A DNA stretch of 64,000 nt from Escherichia coli. GTDB taxonomy: Bacteria > Pseudomonadota > Gammaproteobacteria > Enterobacterales > Enterobacteriaceae. The position numbers were made by a program, and so were the translations under genes. This document shows, one piece after another, positions 38,433-51,013 of this stretch; positions within the stretch are counted from its first letter, which is position 1, and each line of letters starts with the position of its first letter. Location: NCBI RefSeq assembly GCF_003334315.1, contig NZ_QOWR01000025.1. The stretch is one strand, 5' to 3'. Below the pieces are notes generated by a model that searched no databases, was not told the DNA's origin, and saw only the letters and a program-made list of their open reading frames with translations.

Positions 38433-39857
38433 TTACTGCATTAACAGGTAGATGGTGCTGTCGCCGCGCTGAATGTTGAGTGCCAGCACAGACGGTTTGC
38501 TGTCGAGAACTTTACGCAGTTCAGCGATGTTTTTCACTGCCTGCTGGTTCGCGCCAATAATCACATCACCTTTCTTCAGGCCGATCTGCGCAGCCGGAGT
38601 GCCCGTTTTCACGTTGTTCACTACCACGCCCTGATCTTTGCCTTTGTTGCTCATCTCAGCGCCTTCAATGCCGTTGAAGATGGAGCTGGAATCAACCTGA
38701 TTCTGGCTGCTCTGCTGCAGTTCCAGGTTCACGTTAACCTGCTTACCGTCGCGCAGTAAGCCCAGGGTCAGTTTGCTGCCTACCGGCATAGTACCCACCT
38801 GAGCACGCAGTGCGGCAAAGCTGCTGATCGGCTTACCGTTCAGTGAGGTGATCACATCACCCGCTTTAATGCCCGCTTTTGCAGCGGAGGAATTAGGCAG
38901 AACCTGGCTTACGAAAGCACCGCGCTGGGCGTCAACTTTCATCGCTTTCGCCAGTTCGGAGTTCAGCTCAGTCCCCATAATACCCAGCTCACCGCGTTTC
39001 ACCTGGCCGTATTCCACCATCTGCGAGGTCAGGTTTTTCACCATGTTACTCGGGATAGCAAAACCGATACCGATGTTGCCGCCGTCCGGTGCGAGGATCG
39101 CGGTGTTGATACCGATCAGTTCGCCGTTCAGGTTAACCAGCGCACCACCGGAGTTACCACGGTTGATCGCTGCATCGGTCTGGATGAAGTTTTCGTAGTT
39201 TTCGGCATTCAGGCCGCTACGCCCCAGCGCAGAGACAATCCCGGAAGTTACCGTCTCGCCCAGACCAAACGGGTTACCAATCGCTACGGTGTAATCACCC
39301 ACGCGCAGTGCATCAGAATCCGCCATCTTAATTGCGGTCAGGTTTTTCGGGTTCTGGATTTGGATCAGCGCGATATCAGAGCGCGGATCTTTGCCAACCA
39401 TCTTCGCGTCGAACTTACGGCCATCGCTCAGTTGAACTTTAATGACCGTCGCGTTATCAACAACGTGGTTGTTGGTGACGACATAGCCTTTATCGGCATC
39501 AATGATGACGCCGGAACCCAGCGCCATGAATTTCTGTTGCTGGCCGCCACCATTACCGCCCTGGCCACCCTGGCAGAACGGAGAGCTCTGGAACGGAGAA
39601 CCTTCCTGGCAGAACGGAGAATCATCACCGAAGAACTGCTGGAAATTACGCGGCATACGCGGCGTATTAACGGTTGTGCTACCTTCTACGTTAATGCTGA
39701 CCACTGAAGGCATCACCTTTTCGAGCATCGGTGCAAGGCTTGGCATCTGCTGGGCTGTCGTTGCTGAAGAAGTCTCAGCCGCCGTTGCAGAGAGCGGAGA
39801 TAACGCCAAACCTAAACTCAGAGCCAGTGCACTCAGTGCTAATGTGGTTTTTTTCAT
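38433..39857 (-). CDS. degP: Periplasmic serine endoprotease/chaperone DegP (HtrA)
   Basis: 474 aa ORF; signal peptide, catalytic GNSGGAL and two PDZ domains. Confidence 0.97.
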   Translation of the reverse strand: MKKTTLALSALALSLGLALSPLSATAAETSSATTAQQMPSLAPMLEKVMPSVVSINVEGSTTVNTPRMPRNFQQFFGDDSPFCQEGSPFQSSPFCQGGQGGNGGGQQQKFMALGSGVIIDADKGYVVTNNHVVDNATVIKVQLSDGRKFDAKMVGKDPRSDIALIQIQNPKNLTAIKMADSDALRVGDYTVAIGNPFGLGETVTSGIVSALGRSGLNAENYENFIQTDAAINRGNSGGALVNLNGELIGINTAILAPDGGNIGIGFAIPSNMVKNLTSQMVEYGQVKRGELGIMGTELNSELAKAMKVDAQRGAFVSQVLPNSSAAKAGIKAGDVITSLNGKPISSFAALRAQVGTMPVGSKLTLGLLRDGKQVNVNLELQQSSQNQVDSSSIFNGIEGAEMSNKGKDQGVVVNNVKTGTPAAQIGLKKGDVIIGANQQAVKNIAELRKVLDSKPSVLALNIQRGDSTIYLLMQ

Positions 39858-39902
39858 GTATTTCAGTCTCGATTAACAGATAACGCAAAATTGCTGTGTT
39901 CT

Positions 39903-39930
39903 TCAGATTCGTTTTATAGCCTGAAGTTCC
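39903..39930 (-). promoter_or_regulatory. Sigma-E (RpoE) promoter of degP
   Basis: Minus strand reads GGAACTT-N16-TCTGA; CpxR-like GTAAA half-sites lie just upstream (about 39950..39977). Confidence 0.75.
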
Positions 39931-39986
39931 GAACTAAAGTTTCTGCAAAAGGTAAAAATTTATTGTTCGTCTTTACAAAAGCCTGG

Positions 39987-41504
39987 TTATTGTTCTACGG
40001 CCATCAGACGTCGGTATTCATCCCACGCATAGAGGTCGGTCATACCGCTGATATAATCCTGCAGCAGGCGGCAACGGTAATAATATTCCCATAGCGGAAA
40101 CTCAGGAGAATCTGACGGTAATTTACTGACAGCCTCGACATAGGCCAGCCGATGGCGCGTCGAGAGTTTGTGGAATAAGCGCGATTCAATAGGGAAACGT
40201 TTCACCCGTTCTTTTTCTACCAGTTCAGTAAAGTCTGATAACGACAGGCTTAATAAAGGACGATAAATCTCTAATAATCCGCTAATGACCCGATAGCCCT
40301 GCAATTCAAGCTGCTCGACATCTGGATGGCTAAACACATGTTTTACAGCGACATTTTTATATAGCTTAAGAAGATCGCTGCATTCGCTGGCATCTTCCAA
40401 TAATGCATGATTAAACGTTCCGGCGAAAATCGCAGGCAGATTATCAATAAATCGTTGTGCCGCGTAGGGTACCAGTTTATTTAGGGTGTTTACCCGTAAA
40501 TACATAAAAAACTGATCTTCCGTACTGCGGCTTAAACTATTTGAGCGTGATTTTTCCCAGGCATTTTCAACCACCAGCGAAAAGAGCGAACCTTTCTCAT
40601 GCTGGCCCCACGCTTCGTGCAAATGATGATAAAGCTGCTCAACGGTAAATATTCTTTTCTCTACCGCATCTTCAAGGTCTGCCACACAATAGGAGATGTC
40701 GTCGGCAGCTTCCATAATCCACGTTAATGGAAAACGACTGTAAAGCGCCAAATTAAGTTCTTTACGCAACCGGGCAATATAGGCTTCTTCAGAAAGATAA
40801 TAACCCGGCTTTTTCATTAAATAGTGATGTGTCTCAGGCGTTTCGCCACGCCACCACGCCGGACGGGTATATTTTAAAATACCGCCAACCTGTGCCCAGG
40901 TGAGATTCATCCGCATCAATGTATGCACCAGGCGAATGCCTTGTGCATTCCCCTCAAAATGACATAAGTCCTGACGAATCTTGCGCCGCAGCTCGTTAAG
41001 CGGTTCTTCCCCGTCCCGTAAACGTAGTGCCGCCACGCTGCAGCGATCGTCAGTCAGAGGCTGGCTTTCGGCATCTTCCGGGTGCAAACGTTGGCGAAAC
41101 CAGTCATTTATCGCCGCTTCGCCAAAATGACCAAACGGCGGATTGCCGATATCGTGCATCAGGCATGACATCTCAACAATGCTTTCAAAGGGACCGGTCA
41201 GTTCATCCAGGCCGTATGCTTCCAGTAATTTAAGCTCTTTCAGACGGCTTAAAATTTCTTTGGCGATGTAGCGCCCCACCTGCTGGACTTCCATCGAGTG
41301 GGTAAGACGCGTGCGCACGGCGGCATTGCGCTCCAGTGGAAAAACCTGGGTCTTTTGTTGCAGACGACGAATTGCCGGAGAGTTGATGATACGCCCGCGA
41401 TCGCTCTCGAAGATCCGCAGGATCTCATGTTCGGTTTTAACGCCCTGCGGTGAACGGTAACGACGATGCCAGTTTATTTTTTTTCGGAAATCAATCTGTG
41501 CCAT
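39987..41504 (-). CDS. dgt: dGTP triphosphohydrolase
   Basis: 505 aa ORF beginning [23 protein letters not shown]-domain. Confidence 0.96.
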
Positions 41505-41587
41505 GTCCTCTCCCGCGTGAGAAATACGCTTCCCCGTAAGCGCATGGTAAACTATGCCTTCAAATCGGGCTTATCGCGAGTAAATCT

Positions 41588-42286
41588 ATGAAAATCGGCA
41601 TCATTGGTGCAATGGAAGAAGAAGTTACGCTGCTGCGTGACAAAATCGAAAACCGTCAAACTATCAGTCTCGGCGGTTGCGAAATCTATACCGGCCAACT
41701 GAATGGAACCGAGGTTGCGCTTCTGAAATCGGGCATCGGTAAAGTCGCTGCGGCGCTGGGTGCCACTTTGCTGTTGGAACACTGCAAGCCAGATGTGATT
41801 ATTAACACCGGTTCTGCCGGTGGCCTGGCACCAACGTTGAAAGTGGGCGATATCGTTGTCTCGGACGAAGCACGTTATCACGACGCGGATGTCACGGCAT
41901 TTGGTTATGAATACGGTCAGTTACCAGGCTGTCCGGCAGGCTTTAAAGCTGACGATAAACTGATCGCTGCCGCTGAGGCCTGCATTGCCGAACTGAATCT
42001 TAACGCTGTACGTGGCCTGATTGTTAGCGGCGACGCTTTCATCAACGGTTCTGTTGGTCTGGCGAAAATCCGCCACAACTTCCCACAGGCCATTGCTGTA
42101 GAGATGGAAGCGACGGCAATCGCCCATGTCTGCCACAATTTCAACGTCCCGTTTGTTGTCGTACGCGCCATCTCCGACGTGGCCGATCAACAGTCTCATC
42201 TTAGCTTCGATGAGTTCCTGGCTGTTGCCGCTAAACAGTCCAGCCTGATGGTTGAGTCACTGGTGCAGAAACTTGCACATGGCTAA
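41588..42286 (+). CDS. mtnN: 5'-methylthioadenosine/S-adenosylhomocysteine nucleosidase
   Basis: 232 aa ORF beginning [25 protein letters not shown]. Confidence 0.96.
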   Translation: MKIGIIGAMEEEVTLLRDKIENRQTISLGGCEIYTGQLNGTEVALLKSGIGKVAAALGATLLLEHCKPDVIINTGSAGGLAPTLKVGDIVVSDEARYHDADVTAFGYEYGQLPGCPAGFKADDKLIAAAEACIAELNLNAVRGLIVSGDAFINGSVGLAKIRHNFPQAIAVEMEATAIAHVCHNFNVPFVVVRAISDVADQQSHLSFDEFLAVAAKQSSLMVESLVQKLAHG

Positions 42287-43079
42287 GTCACTGTTCAGGG
42301 CGCTGGTCGCCCTGTCTTTTCTTGCGCCACTGTGGCTCAACGCCGCGCCGCGCGTCATCACGCTTTCTCCCGCCAACACTGAACTTGCCTTTGCCGCCGG
42401 GATCACGCCGGTTGGGGTCAGCAGCTATTCCGACTATCCTCCACAAGCGCAAAAGATTGAGCAGGTTTCCACCTGGCAGGGGATGAATCTGGAACGCATT
42501 GTCGCGCTGAAACCCGATCTGGTGATTGCCTGGCGTGGAGGTAATGCCGAGCGGCAGGTTGACCAGCTGGCTTCGCTGGGAATAAAAGTGATGTGGGTCG
42601 ATGCGACAAGCATTGAACAAATTGCCAATGCGTTACGTCAACTGGCCCCCTGGAGTCCGCAACCAGACAAGGCCGAACAAGCCGCGCAATCCCTGCTGGA
42701 TCAGTACGCGCAATTGAAAGCGCAATATGCTGATAAACCTAAAAAACGTGTTTTTCTGCAATTCGGCATTAATCCGCCATTTACCAGTGGAAAAGAGTCG
42801 ATTCAGAACCAGGTACTCGAAGTTTGTGGCGGAGAAAACATCTTTAAAGACAGCCGGGTTCCCTGGCCGCAAGTTAGCCGCGAACAGGTGTTAGCACACT
42901 CGCCACAGGCGATTGTCATTACAGGCGGACCGGACCAAATTCCTAAAATCAAACAATACTGGGGTGAACAGCTCAAAATTCCCGTTATTCCTCTCACGAG
43001 TGACTGGTTTGAACGTGCAAGCCCACGTATTATCCTCGCTGCACAACAGCTCTGTAATGCGCTTTCACAGGTAGATTAG
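42279..43079 (+). CDS. btuF: Vitamin B12 periplasmic binding protein BtuF
   Basis: ORF-track 42252..43079; start set at [22 protein letters not shown] (signal peptide), 266 aa; overlaps mtnN 3' end by 8 nt. Confidence 0.92.
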   Translation: MAKSLFRALVALSFLAPLWLNAAPRVITLSPANTELAFAAGITPVGVSSYSDYPPQAQKIEQVSTWQGMNLERIVALKPDLVIAWRGGNAERQVDQLASLGIKVMWVDATSIEQIANALRQLAPWSPQPDKAEQAAQSLLDQYAQLKAQYADKPKKRVFLQFGINPPFTSGKESIQNQVLEVCGGENIFKDSRVPWPQVSREQVLAHSPQAIVITGGPDQIPKIKQYWGEQLKIPVIPLTSDWFERASPRIILAAQQLCNALSQVD

Positions 43080-43116
43080 CGCCTGACCTTTTCAGGTGCT
43101 CAGTGGGGATTGAACA

Positions 43117-43740
43117 ATGCTCGTCTATTGGCTGGATATAGTCGGCACAGCGGTATTTGCCATCTCCGGCGTTTTGTTAGCCGGAAAATTGCGTATGGAC
43201 CCTTTTGGTGTTCTGGTACTGGGCGTGGTAACCGCAGTAGGCGGCGGGACAATTCGCGACATGGCGCTGGATCACGGCCCGGTATTTTGGGTGAAAGATC
43301 CCACCGATCTGGTCGTTGCAATGGTCACCAGCATGCTGACCATCGTGCTGGTGCGCCAGCCAAGACGCTTACCAAAATGGATGTTGCCGGTGCTGGACGC
43401 CGTTGGTCTGGCGGTGTTTGTCGGCATTGGCGTGAATAAAGCCTTTAATGCGGAAGCCGGTCCGTTAATCGCGGTTTGTATGGGCGTCATTACTGGCGTT
43501 GGCGGCGGGATCATTCGTGATGTTCTGGCCCGCGAAATCCCCATGATTTTACGTACAGAAATCTACGCAACTGCCTGTATTATCGGCGGTATTGTCCACG
43601 CTACGGCTTATTACACATTTTCCGTACCACTGGAAACAGCCAGTATGATGGGCATGGTCGTGACGCTATTGATTCGGCTGGCGGCTATTCGTTGGCATCT
43701 TAAGCTACCGACGTTTGCGCTGGATGAGAATGGGCGTTGA
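43117..43740 (+). CDS. yadS: UPF0126 inner-membrane protein YadS
   Basis: 207 aa multi-TM ORF with two internal repeats each carrying a Gly-rich motif (GGGTIRD / GGGIIRD). Confidence 0.88.
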   Translation: MLVYWLDIVGTAVFAISGVLLAGKLRMDPFGVLVLGVVTAVGGGTIRDMALDHGPVFWVKDPTDLVVAMVTSMLTIVLVRQPRRLPKWMLPVLDAVGLAVFVGIGVNKAFNAEAGPLIAVCMGVITGVGGGIIRDVLAREIPMILRTEIYATACIIGGIVHATAYYTFSVPLETASMMGMVVTLLIRLAAIRWHLKLPTFALDENGR

Positions 43741-43750
43741 AGAGAGAAGA

Positions 43751-43775
43751 TGTGCCGGATAGTTTATCCGGCACA
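43751..43775. other. Perfect hairpin between convergent yadS and erpA
   Basis: tgtgccggat-agttt-atccggcaca, 10-bp stem. Confidence 0.55.
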
Positions 43776-43786
43776 TGAACAACAGA

Positions 43787-44131
43787 TTAGATACTAAAGG
43801 AAGAACCGCAACCGCAGGTGCTTTTCGCGTTCGGGTTGGTCACGATGAAACGAGAACCTTCCAGACCTTCGGTATAATCAACGGAACCGCCGACCAGATA
43901 TTGCAGGCTCATCGGATCAACCACCAGGCCAACGCCCTGTTTTTCGATGGTCATATCGCCTTCGTTCACCTGATCATCAAAGGTGAAACCATACTGGAAG
44001 CCGCTGCAACCGCCACCGGTGATATACACGCGTAATTTCAGATTCGGGTTATCTTCGTCAGCGATCAGGCTTTTAACTTTGTTGGCTGCTGCGTCGGTAA
44101 ACTCCAGCGGCAGTGCTACGTCATCACTCAT
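43787..44131 (-). CDS. erpA: Iron-sulfur cluster insertion protein ErpA
   Basis: ORF-track 43787..44176; start set at [11 protein letters not shown] to give 114 aa; C-terminal CGCGSSF motif. Confidence 0.93.
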
Positions 44132-44212
44132 ATTTTGCTCCAAACGACATCGGCAATTGGGCAAATTATAACCCAATAATAATCGCCATTATCTAATACC
44201 CTGGTATTTCGT

Positions 44213-45652
<1,440 letters not shown>

Positions 45653-45858
45653 TCATACAAATAAGATGACGGCATTTTACTCGCACGTTCCATGAAAATC
45701 CTTTGCAAAGCGTAATGTTTCAAATGCACAAAACTTTTATACTCTAAGAAATCAGGATTGCACCAGTACAAGCAGCCTGATGTTTGACGAGTATTTAACT
45801 TGTTATGAATAACATAGAATAGCAGCCATTCACTTTTTCTACGAATCAGGAACCCTCC

Positions 45859-47139
45859 ATGAGTAAGTCTGAAAATCTTTACAGCGCAGCGCGCGAGCTG
45901 ATCCCTGGCGGTGTGAACTCCCCTGTTCGCGCCTTTACTGGCGTGGGCGGCACTCCACTGTTTATCGAAAAAGCGGACGGCGCTTATCTGTACGATGTTG
46001 ATGGCAAAGCCTATATCGATTATGTCGGTTCCTGGGGGCCGATGGTGCTGGGCCATAACCATCCGGCAATCCGCAATGCCGTGATTGAAGCCGCCGAGCG
46101 TGGTTTAAGCTTTGGTGCACCAACCGAAATGGAAGTGAAAATGGCGCAACTGGTGACCGAACTGGTCCCGACCATGGATATGGTGCGCATGGTGAACTCC
46201 GGCACTGAAGCGACCATGAGCGCCATCCGCCTGGCCCGTGGTTTTACCGGTCGCGACAAAATTATTAAATTTGAAGGGTGTTACCATGGTCACGCTGACT
46301 GCCTGCTGGTGAAAGCCGGTTCTGGCGCACTCACGTTAGGCCAGCCAAACTCGCCGGGCGTTCCGGCAGATTTCGCCAAACATACCTTAACCTGTACTTA
46401 TAATGATCTGGCTTCTGTACGCGCCGCATTTGAGCAATACCCGCAAGAGATTGCCTGTATTATCGTCGAGCCGGTGGCAGGCAATATGAACTGTGTTCCG
46501 CCGCTGCCAGAGTTCCTGCCAGGTCTGCGCGCGCTGTGCGACGAATTTGGCGCGTTGCTGATCATCGATGAAGTGATGACCGGTTTCCGCGTAGCGCTAG
46601 CTGGCGCACAGGATTATTACGGCGTAGTGCCAGATTTAACCTGCCTCGGCAAAATCATCGGCGGTGGAATGCCGGTAGGCGCATTCGGTGGTCGTCGTGA
46701 TGTAATGGATGCGCTGGCCCCGACGGGTCCGGTCTATCAGGCGGGTACGCTTTCCGGTAACCCGATTGCGATGGCAGCGGGTTTCGCCTGTCTGAATGAA
46801 GTCGCGCAGCCGGGCGTTCACGAAACGCTGGATGAGCTGACAACACGTCTGGCAGAAGGTCTGCTGGAAGCGGCAGAAGAAGCCGGAATTCCGCTGGTCG
46901 TTAACCACGTTGGCGGCATGTTCGGTATTTTCTTTACCGACGCCGAGTCCGTGACGTGCTATCAGGATGTGATGGCCTGTGACGTGGAACGCTTTAAGCG
47001 TTTCTTCCATATGATGCTGGACGAAGGTGTTTACCTGGCACCGTCAGCGTTTGAAGCGGGCTTTATGTCCGTGGCGCACAGCATGGAAGATATCAATAAC
47101 ACCATCGATGCTGCACGTCGGGTGTTTGCGAAGTTGTGA
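45859..47139 (+). CDS. hemL: Glutamate-1-semialdehyde 2,1-aminomutase
   Basis: 426 aa ORF beginning [26 protein letters not shown]. Confidence 0.97.
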   Translation: MSKSENLYSAARELIPGGVNSPVRAFTGVGGTPLFIEKADGAYLYDVDGKAYIDYVGSWGPMVLGHNHPAIRNAVIEAAERGLSFGAPTEMEVKMAQLVTELVPTMDMVRMVNSGTEATMSAIRLARGFTGRDKIIKFEGCYHGHADCLLVKAGSGALTLGQPNSPGVPADFAKHTLTCTYNDLASVRAAFEQYPQEIACIIVEPVAGNMNCVPPLPEFLPGLRALCDEFGALLIIDEVMTGFRVALAGAQDYYGVVPDLTCLGKIIGGGMPVGAFGGRRDVMDALAPTGPVYQAGTLSGNPIAMAAGFACLNEVAQPGVHETLDELTTRLAEGLLEAAEEAGIPLVVNHVGGMFGIFFTDAESVTCYQDVMACDVERFKRFFHMMLDEGVYLAPSAFEAGFMSVAHSMEDINNTIDAARRVFAKL

Positions 47140-47148
47140 TCCAGCATG

Positions 47149-47285
<137 letters not shown>

Positions 47286-47296
47286 ATATGGAAAAA

Positions 47297-49279
47297 TTAA
47301 CGGCTCTGCTTTCTCAACAAATAGATAAAATATGGCGCGCCGATAAAGGTTGACAGCAGCCCCGCCGGGATCTGGAATGGAAACAGCACCATCCGCCCAC
47401 ACCAGTCAGCGAACACCAGCAGTAAACCACCCACCAGCGCCGAAATTACGATGTGTGGCATCGTCCGTCGAAAGCCCATCATCCGCGCAATATGCGGTGC
47501 CATTAAACCAACAAAACTCAACGGTCCAATAGTCATCGTCGCGGTCGCCGTCAGGCAAGCCGCTAACAGCAGCAGCGCAATTCGCGTCGGCGTCAGCGCC
47601 ATTCCTACGGCTCGGGCGGTATCACCACCCAGCGGTAAAATGGTCAGCCAGCGGCGGCACAGCGGGGTAATCGCCAGCAAAATCACCATCACAATTCCGG
47701 TGCGCCAGACCTGCGCATCGGTCGCGTTGTAGGTCGAACCGGAAATCCAGGTCAGCACTTGCGCCATTCGCGGGTCACCACTTGCCTGCAACATCATCAA
47801 AAGCATGGTGAACGCGGTGCTTAACGCCATCCCCGCCAGTAACATACGGTGTGGGGAAAATCCACCGCGGCCGGCGGCGATCATAATGATCAACAGCGTC
47901 ACCGCCGCGCCGAGACTGCCTGCAGGTAACAGCCAGCCAAAGGCATTACCCGGCACCAGAAACAGCATCAACACCACGCCAAACGCCGCGCCGGAGCTAA
48001 TCCCCAGCACTTCCGGGCTTGCCATCGGGTTTCCGGTCAGTCGCTGAATAATACAGCCCGCCACCGCCAGCATGACGCCCGCAAACAGCGCCGCCATAAT
48101 TCGCGGCCAGCGCCAGGGCATTAAATCCTCGAGCAACGCCCCGCTCGCCCACGTCCAGCCGTGCGCATCACGACCAAACGACAGCGCCACCACCACAGCC
48201 ATCAACAGCAGCACGCCGCCCGCGAGGGCAAACGCCAGCACATGTTGGCGTTCAGCCGCGACACGATCGTTGACCTTCATATCCGGCGCGCTAATGCTGC
48301 GTAAACGCGGCAACAGCCACAGTAGCAGCGGCGCACCGATCAACGCAGTGACCGAACCGGTGGACACTTCCATCCACACGCGAGTCAGCCAGAGGATGAT
48401 TTGATCGGAAAGCCAGAGGATCAGCGCACCAATCAACGACGCCAGCATCAGTCGTGGCAGCAGACGCCGCGCCCCCAGCATTTTTGCCAGCAGCGGCGCG
48501 AACAACCCGATAAAGCCGATAATCCCCACAGCGTTCACCAGCAGCGCACTGATGACAATCGCCAGCGACAGCGCCGCCAGACGCGCAAGCGACAAGGCCA
48601 GCCCGAGATTGCGCGCCACGCCATCATCAAGCCCCATCAGGGTTAACGGACGAAGTAGCAGCAACGTCAGCATCACACCGCCCAGCAACTGCGGCCATAA
48701 ACGCTCAACACCGCCCCAGTCGGTTTGCGTCAGCGTTCCAGTGCTCCACAGAAACATGCTTTGCAACTGGTCATGATGGAAGATAACCAGTAACTGATTG
48801 ATTGCCCCACAATAAAGGCTCACTACCAGCCCCGCGAGAATCAGCGTAACCGGCGAAAGCCGTTTCCCCCACGCGACGCCAAAGACAATTAAGCCAACAA
48901 CGCAAGCCCCTGCCAGCGCAGCAAACTGGCTCGCCATAGCACCGGGGATCGCCCAGAGCGTGGTGACGGTAATCCCCAGTTGCGCGCCTGTAGCAACGCC
49001 CAACGTCGTCGGTTCCGCCAGCGGGTTACGCAGCACTTGCTGAAACAGCACGCCCACCAGCCCCAGGCCCGCGCCCACCAGTAGAGAAATCGCCAGACGT
49101 GGTAACAAGCTGTAGTGAAAAATCATCTGCTCGATGACGTTAATATCCGGCGACCAGGCGGCCTGCGCCCACTGGCTACGCGGCAGCGCCTGCGAAAAGT
49201 TCATCCAGGTCAGCGCCGTAGCGACAATCACCAGCAGCGCCAGCAATAACGCCGGAAAAAGCGCAATTCGTTTACTCAC
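47297..49279 (-). CDS. fhuB: Ferric hydroxamate ABC transporter permease FhuB
   Basis: 660 aa ORF with two FecCD-type permease halves. Confidence 0.96.
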   Translation of the reverse strand: MSKRIALFPALLLALLVIVATALTWMNFSQALPRSQWAQAAWSPDINVIEQMIFHYSLLPRLAISLLVGAGLGLVGVLFQQVLRNPLAEPTTLGVATGAQLGITVTTLWAIPGAMASQFAALAGACVVGLIVFGVAWGKRLSPVTLILAGLVVSLYCGAINQLLVIFHHDQLQSMFLWSTGTLTQTDWGGVERLWPQLLGGVMLTLLLLRPLTLMGLDDGVARNLGLALSLARLAALSLAIVISALLVNAVGIIGFIGLFAPLLAKMLGARRLLPRLMLASLIGALILWLSDQIILWLTRVWMEVSTGSVTALIGAPLLLWLLPRLRSISAPDMKVNDRVAAERQHVLAFALAGGVLLLMAVVVALSFGRDAHGWTWASGALLEDLMPWRWPRIMAALFAGVMLAVAGCIIQRLTGNPMASPEVLGISSGAAFGVVLMLFLVPGNAFGWLLPAGSLGAAVTLLIIMIAAGRGGFSPHRMLLAGMALSTAFTMLLMMLQASGDPRMAQVLTWISGSTYNATDAQVWRTGIVMVILLAITPLCRRWLTILPLGGDTARAVGMALTPTRIALLLLAACLTATATMTIGPLSFVGLMAPHIARMMGFRRTMPHIVISALVGGLLLVFADWCGRMVLFPFQIPAGLLSTFIGAPYFIYLLRKQSR

Positions 49280-50166
49280 GCTTTACCTCCGATGGCGTTA
49301 TCCAGAACGCGCACAAAGTGCATTGCCGAGAGCGTCGCACCATAAAACCAGACTGCGGGTACGCGCTGAAAGCGTCCGGCGCGGACAAACGGCATGGCCT
49401 GCCACAGCGGGGTTGCCATTAGCGCGTCCATGTCTTTGCTGTTGTCGTGATCAAAACAGAGCACATCAACATCTTTATACGCCGCCAGACGATCGATGCT
49501 GACGGCGGTACTGCCCCAGAAGTTGGTTTCCCCTTGCCAGGCATTTGGGATGCCGTACTCATCAAGAATTTCCTGAAACAAGCTGTTTGGACCGAAAACC
49601 AGCATATGGCGCGGATCGATAAGCGTCGTCAGCAATAACGGGCGTTCACCACGCTTCACAAAGCGGGGTTTCATGCTGCGGATAAAGTCTTCATAGTGCG
49701 CTAAATGCGTTTCTGCTGCGCTTTGCAGGTTAAGTAAATCTGCCATTTCCGTCAGTGACTTACGCGCCATCGCCAGCGGCTGTTTGCCATCGCTGAAGTT
49801 AAATCCACGCCCCGGCGCAATACGAGCCAGCATTTCTGGTGAAGGGCCATATCCTGCCGACCAGACCATAAACGACGGTTTCATTTCGGTCAGCAGTTCA
49901 AGGTTAGGTTCTGTGCGCAAACCGACGTCGATCACTGAGTCCGGCAATGGTGGTTCGCTGACCCACAGGCGATAGTTGATGGTATCCGCCACGCCGTAAG
50001 GCACGATGCCGAGCGCCAGCAGTAATTCCACCGGCAACCACTCCAGCGCCACAATACGATTGGGATCAATAGCCGCCGCGTGGGCGGTATTCATCTGCCA
50101 TAACAACGGAGAAAGCGCCATCGCCGTTAACAGTCGACGGCGCGAAATAAGAGGTAAGCCGCTCAT
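49276..50166 (-). CDS. fhuD: Ferric hydroxamate periplasmic binding protein FhuD
   Basis: ORF-track start is a TTG one codon upstream; ATG start gives 296 aa (MSGLPLISRRRLLTAMA); stop overlaps fhuB start by 4 nt. Confidence 0.94.
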   Translation of the reverse strand: MSGLPLISRRRLLTAMALSPLLWQMNTAHAAAIDPNRIVALEWLPVELLLALGIVPYGVADTINYRLWVSEPPLPDSVIDVGLRTEPNLELLTEMKPSFMVWSAGYGPSPEMLARIAPGRGFNFSDGKQPLAMARKSLTEMADLLNLQSAAETHLAHYEDFIRSMKPRFVKRGERPLLLTTLIDPRHMLVFGPNSLFQEILDEYGIPNAWQGETNFWGSTAVSIDRLAAYKDVDVLCFDHDNSKDMDALMATPLWQAMPFVRAGRFQRVPAVWFYGATLSAMHFVRVLDNAIGGKA

Positions 50167-50963
50167 CAATAAACAAAACTCACAGGTGCAGCACCCGCCG
50201 GATGCGGCAAAATACCCATCGGGATGCCATAAATCATTTCGAGGGTTTCGCCGCGCATAATTTCCGCAGGCGTTCCCTGAGCAATCATTTCACCGCCGCG
50301 CAGGGCGACCAGATAATCACAGTAGCGTGCCGCCATATTGATATCGTGCAACACGGCAATGACCGTCAGGCCACGCTCCTGACTTAAACGGTGCACCAGC
50401 GACAGCACATCAACCTGGTGGGCGATATCCAGCGCCGAGGTCGGTTCGTCGAGCAACAGACAACGGCTATCCTGCGCCACCAGCATGGCGATCCACGCCC
50501 GCTGACGTTCGCCGCCAGAGAGACTATCGACCAGCCGATGCGCCAGCGGTTTTAAGCCAACCAGCGAGATAGCTTCCTCGACTTTTTCGCGATCTGCCGC
50601 CCCAAAGCGCCCCAGCGCGCCATGCCACGGGTAACGACCAATCGCCACCAGTTCACGCACGGTCATCCCTTCTGCCGGAGGAAGCTGCTGCGGCAAATAA
50701 GCCACTTTGCGGGCAAACGCTTTGCTGCTCCAGCTTTCCAGCGGTTGGGCATCAAGAAGAATCTCCCCTTCCGACGGCGGCTGATGACGGCCAAGCATTT
50801 TGAGCAGAGTGGATTTACCAGAACCGTTGTGACCAATCAGACCGGTCACTTTCCCGGCAGGAAAGGTTAACGACAGCGGATGCAAAAGCGTGCGCCCGGG
50901 CACACGAAAGGAGATATTACGCAGTGCAAAAGTGGTATCGGAATGATTCGTGTATTCCTGCAT
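50166..50963 (-). CDS. fhuC: Ferric hydroxamate ABC transporter ATPase FhuC
   Basis: ORF-track 50166..51005; start set at MQEYTNHSDTTF to give 265 aa; Walker A GHNGSGKST; stop overlaps fhuD start by 1 nt. Confidence 0.94.
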   Translation of the reverse strand: MQEYTNHSDTTFALRNISFRVPGRTLLHPLSLTFPAGKVTGLIGHNGSGKSTLLKMLGRHQPPSEGEILLDAQPLESWSSKAFARKVAYLPQQLPPAEGMTVRELVAIGRYPWHGALGRFGAADREKVEEAISLVGLKPLAHRLVDSLSGGERQRAWIAMLVAQDSRCLLLDEPTSALDIAHQVDVLSLVHRLSQERGLTVIAVLHDINMAARYCDYLVALRGGEMIAQGTPAEIMRGETLEMIYGIPMGILPHPAGAAPVSFVY

Positions 50964-51013
50964 AACAGCCAACTTGTGAAATGGGCACGGAAATCCGTGC
51001 CCCAAAAGAGAAA

